DNA of 62,911 nucleotides, the filler included. It is 4 parts of 4 records of this genome, joined end to end, with 100 filler letters (N's around TTAATTAATTAA, not from the genome) between each part and the next. Parts side by side here need not be neighbours in the genome. Positions count along the whole stretch, not along the records: positions 43,939 to 62,911 come from SRR31156797_28474; 3 more parts are not named here. One strand, 5' to 3'. The notes beneath the pieces were generated by a model. The model was not told the origin of the DNA. It did no database searches and was given only the letters and a program-made list of their open reading frames with translations. Positions 62,339 through 62,911 of this stretch are shown piece after piece. The translations under genes and the position numbers were made by a program. Each line of letters begins with the position of its first letter. Within the stretch, counting starts at the first letter, position 1.

Positions 62339-62720
62339 TACTACTACCCGGTTAAAAACAATTAATATTAAAGGACAATTGTCCTGAATGCGGTGACATG
62401 TGTTTTATTGGAACAGGATCAAAAAGTTGCCACAAGCTCTGTCTGTTGAATAGGCTTACGTGAAGAAAAGAACATTTTTCGTTTTTACCTTCATGAACCA
62501 TTTGAAATCCATGTACGCCCGATCCATCACGACGATGGAGTAAGGGGGGGCGCTTGAGGGTTCTGGCAAACATCATGGCTGCCATCTGTCCCCAGCGTGT
62601 GAGGGATCGGCATTTTCGTTTCGGTTGAAAACCTTTTCGCTCGATCGCGTCGAACGTGTTTCGATCAAGAAGTTGTAGCAACTGACTGAAGATTGTGTTA
62701 AAGTGACTAATGGTCTGAAT
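62339..62720 (-). mobile_element. Internally deleted IS4-family element (transposase remnant)
   Basis: (ATT)SHFNTIFSQLLQLLDRNTF..RSLTRWGQMAAMMFA, a DUF4372-like N-terminus, joined to C-terminal-like SLFNRQSLWQLFDP..GQLSF; end-like CTACTACCCGGTTAAAA at 62341. Confidence 0.72.
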
Positions 62721-62911
62721 TTCCTTTCCTTTAGTGATGTTATCGTGATTCCACTATAATATGAAAGAATGATTCGGGCCTGCCTTTCTCAGTGCCTCGG
62801 AGGCTATTGGGCATCTTTTAACCCAAAGCCATAGAACTCAGGGTGGATAAAAAGAAGTTTCAAAAAATGAAGCCTTTCATCCAGGAAGGGTGGTATGCGG
62901 GGATACCGGCC

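Noticed and set aside
1-62911. CRISPR arrays, tRNA/rRNA, integron attC arrays, phage or defence genes
   Set aside because: No regularly spaced repeats, cloverleafs or recognisable motifs found by eye; an Infernal/CRISPR scan would be needed to exclude small ncRNAs.

Overview
The window is four separate contigs joined by artificial 100-nt linkers (N-TTAATTAATTAA-N at 11933-12032, 21804-21903 and 43839-43938). They may come from different anaerobes, so synteny is only meaningful inside each contig. Contig 1 has a Leloir galactose operon (galT-galK-lacI-galM-ABC ATPase) with a tandem LacI operator, plus a solute-binding protein, an oxidoreductase, a hybrid kinase, a 5'-nucleotidase and a REP-like palindrome. 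Contig 2 has a CoA-disulfide/persulfide reductase-rhodanese-TusA-DsrE fusion, a mini cytoplasmic chemoreceptor, a candidate sRNA, a GntR regulator and an RND efflux pump. Contig 3 has a FadR-linked AprAB/AsfAB-like flavoprotein-ferredoxin-ABC operon, a stand-alone hisF and an AHL-lactonase-like gene. It also has an operon headed by a UxxC selenoprotein that the ORF track truncates (in-frame TGA plus SECIS-like hairpin), coupled to an octaheme HAO-family cytochrome and copZA, then a class III cyclase with guanylate-cyclase-like residues, a kinase, a HAD hydrolase, a helicase and orn. Contig 4 is the best candidate for an undescribed system: an ~18 kb catabolic island encoding a TRAP transporter, a DUF6282-like metallohydrolase, a VOC protein, a full ThDP/lipoyl dehydrogenase complex, an SDR, an ALDH and two GSA-aminomutase-like aminotransferases. 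Its three transcription units each carry the same 20-bp palindrome AATGACGG-N4-CCGTCATT overlapping the -35 box, around an orphan LuxR-type regulator. Contig 4 also holds a 257-bp IS231-like MITE with a 12-bp TSD inside an aminotransferase pseudogene, and an internally deleted IS4. No rRNA, tRNA or CRISPR array was seen. All family assignments are by motif recognition, without database searches.
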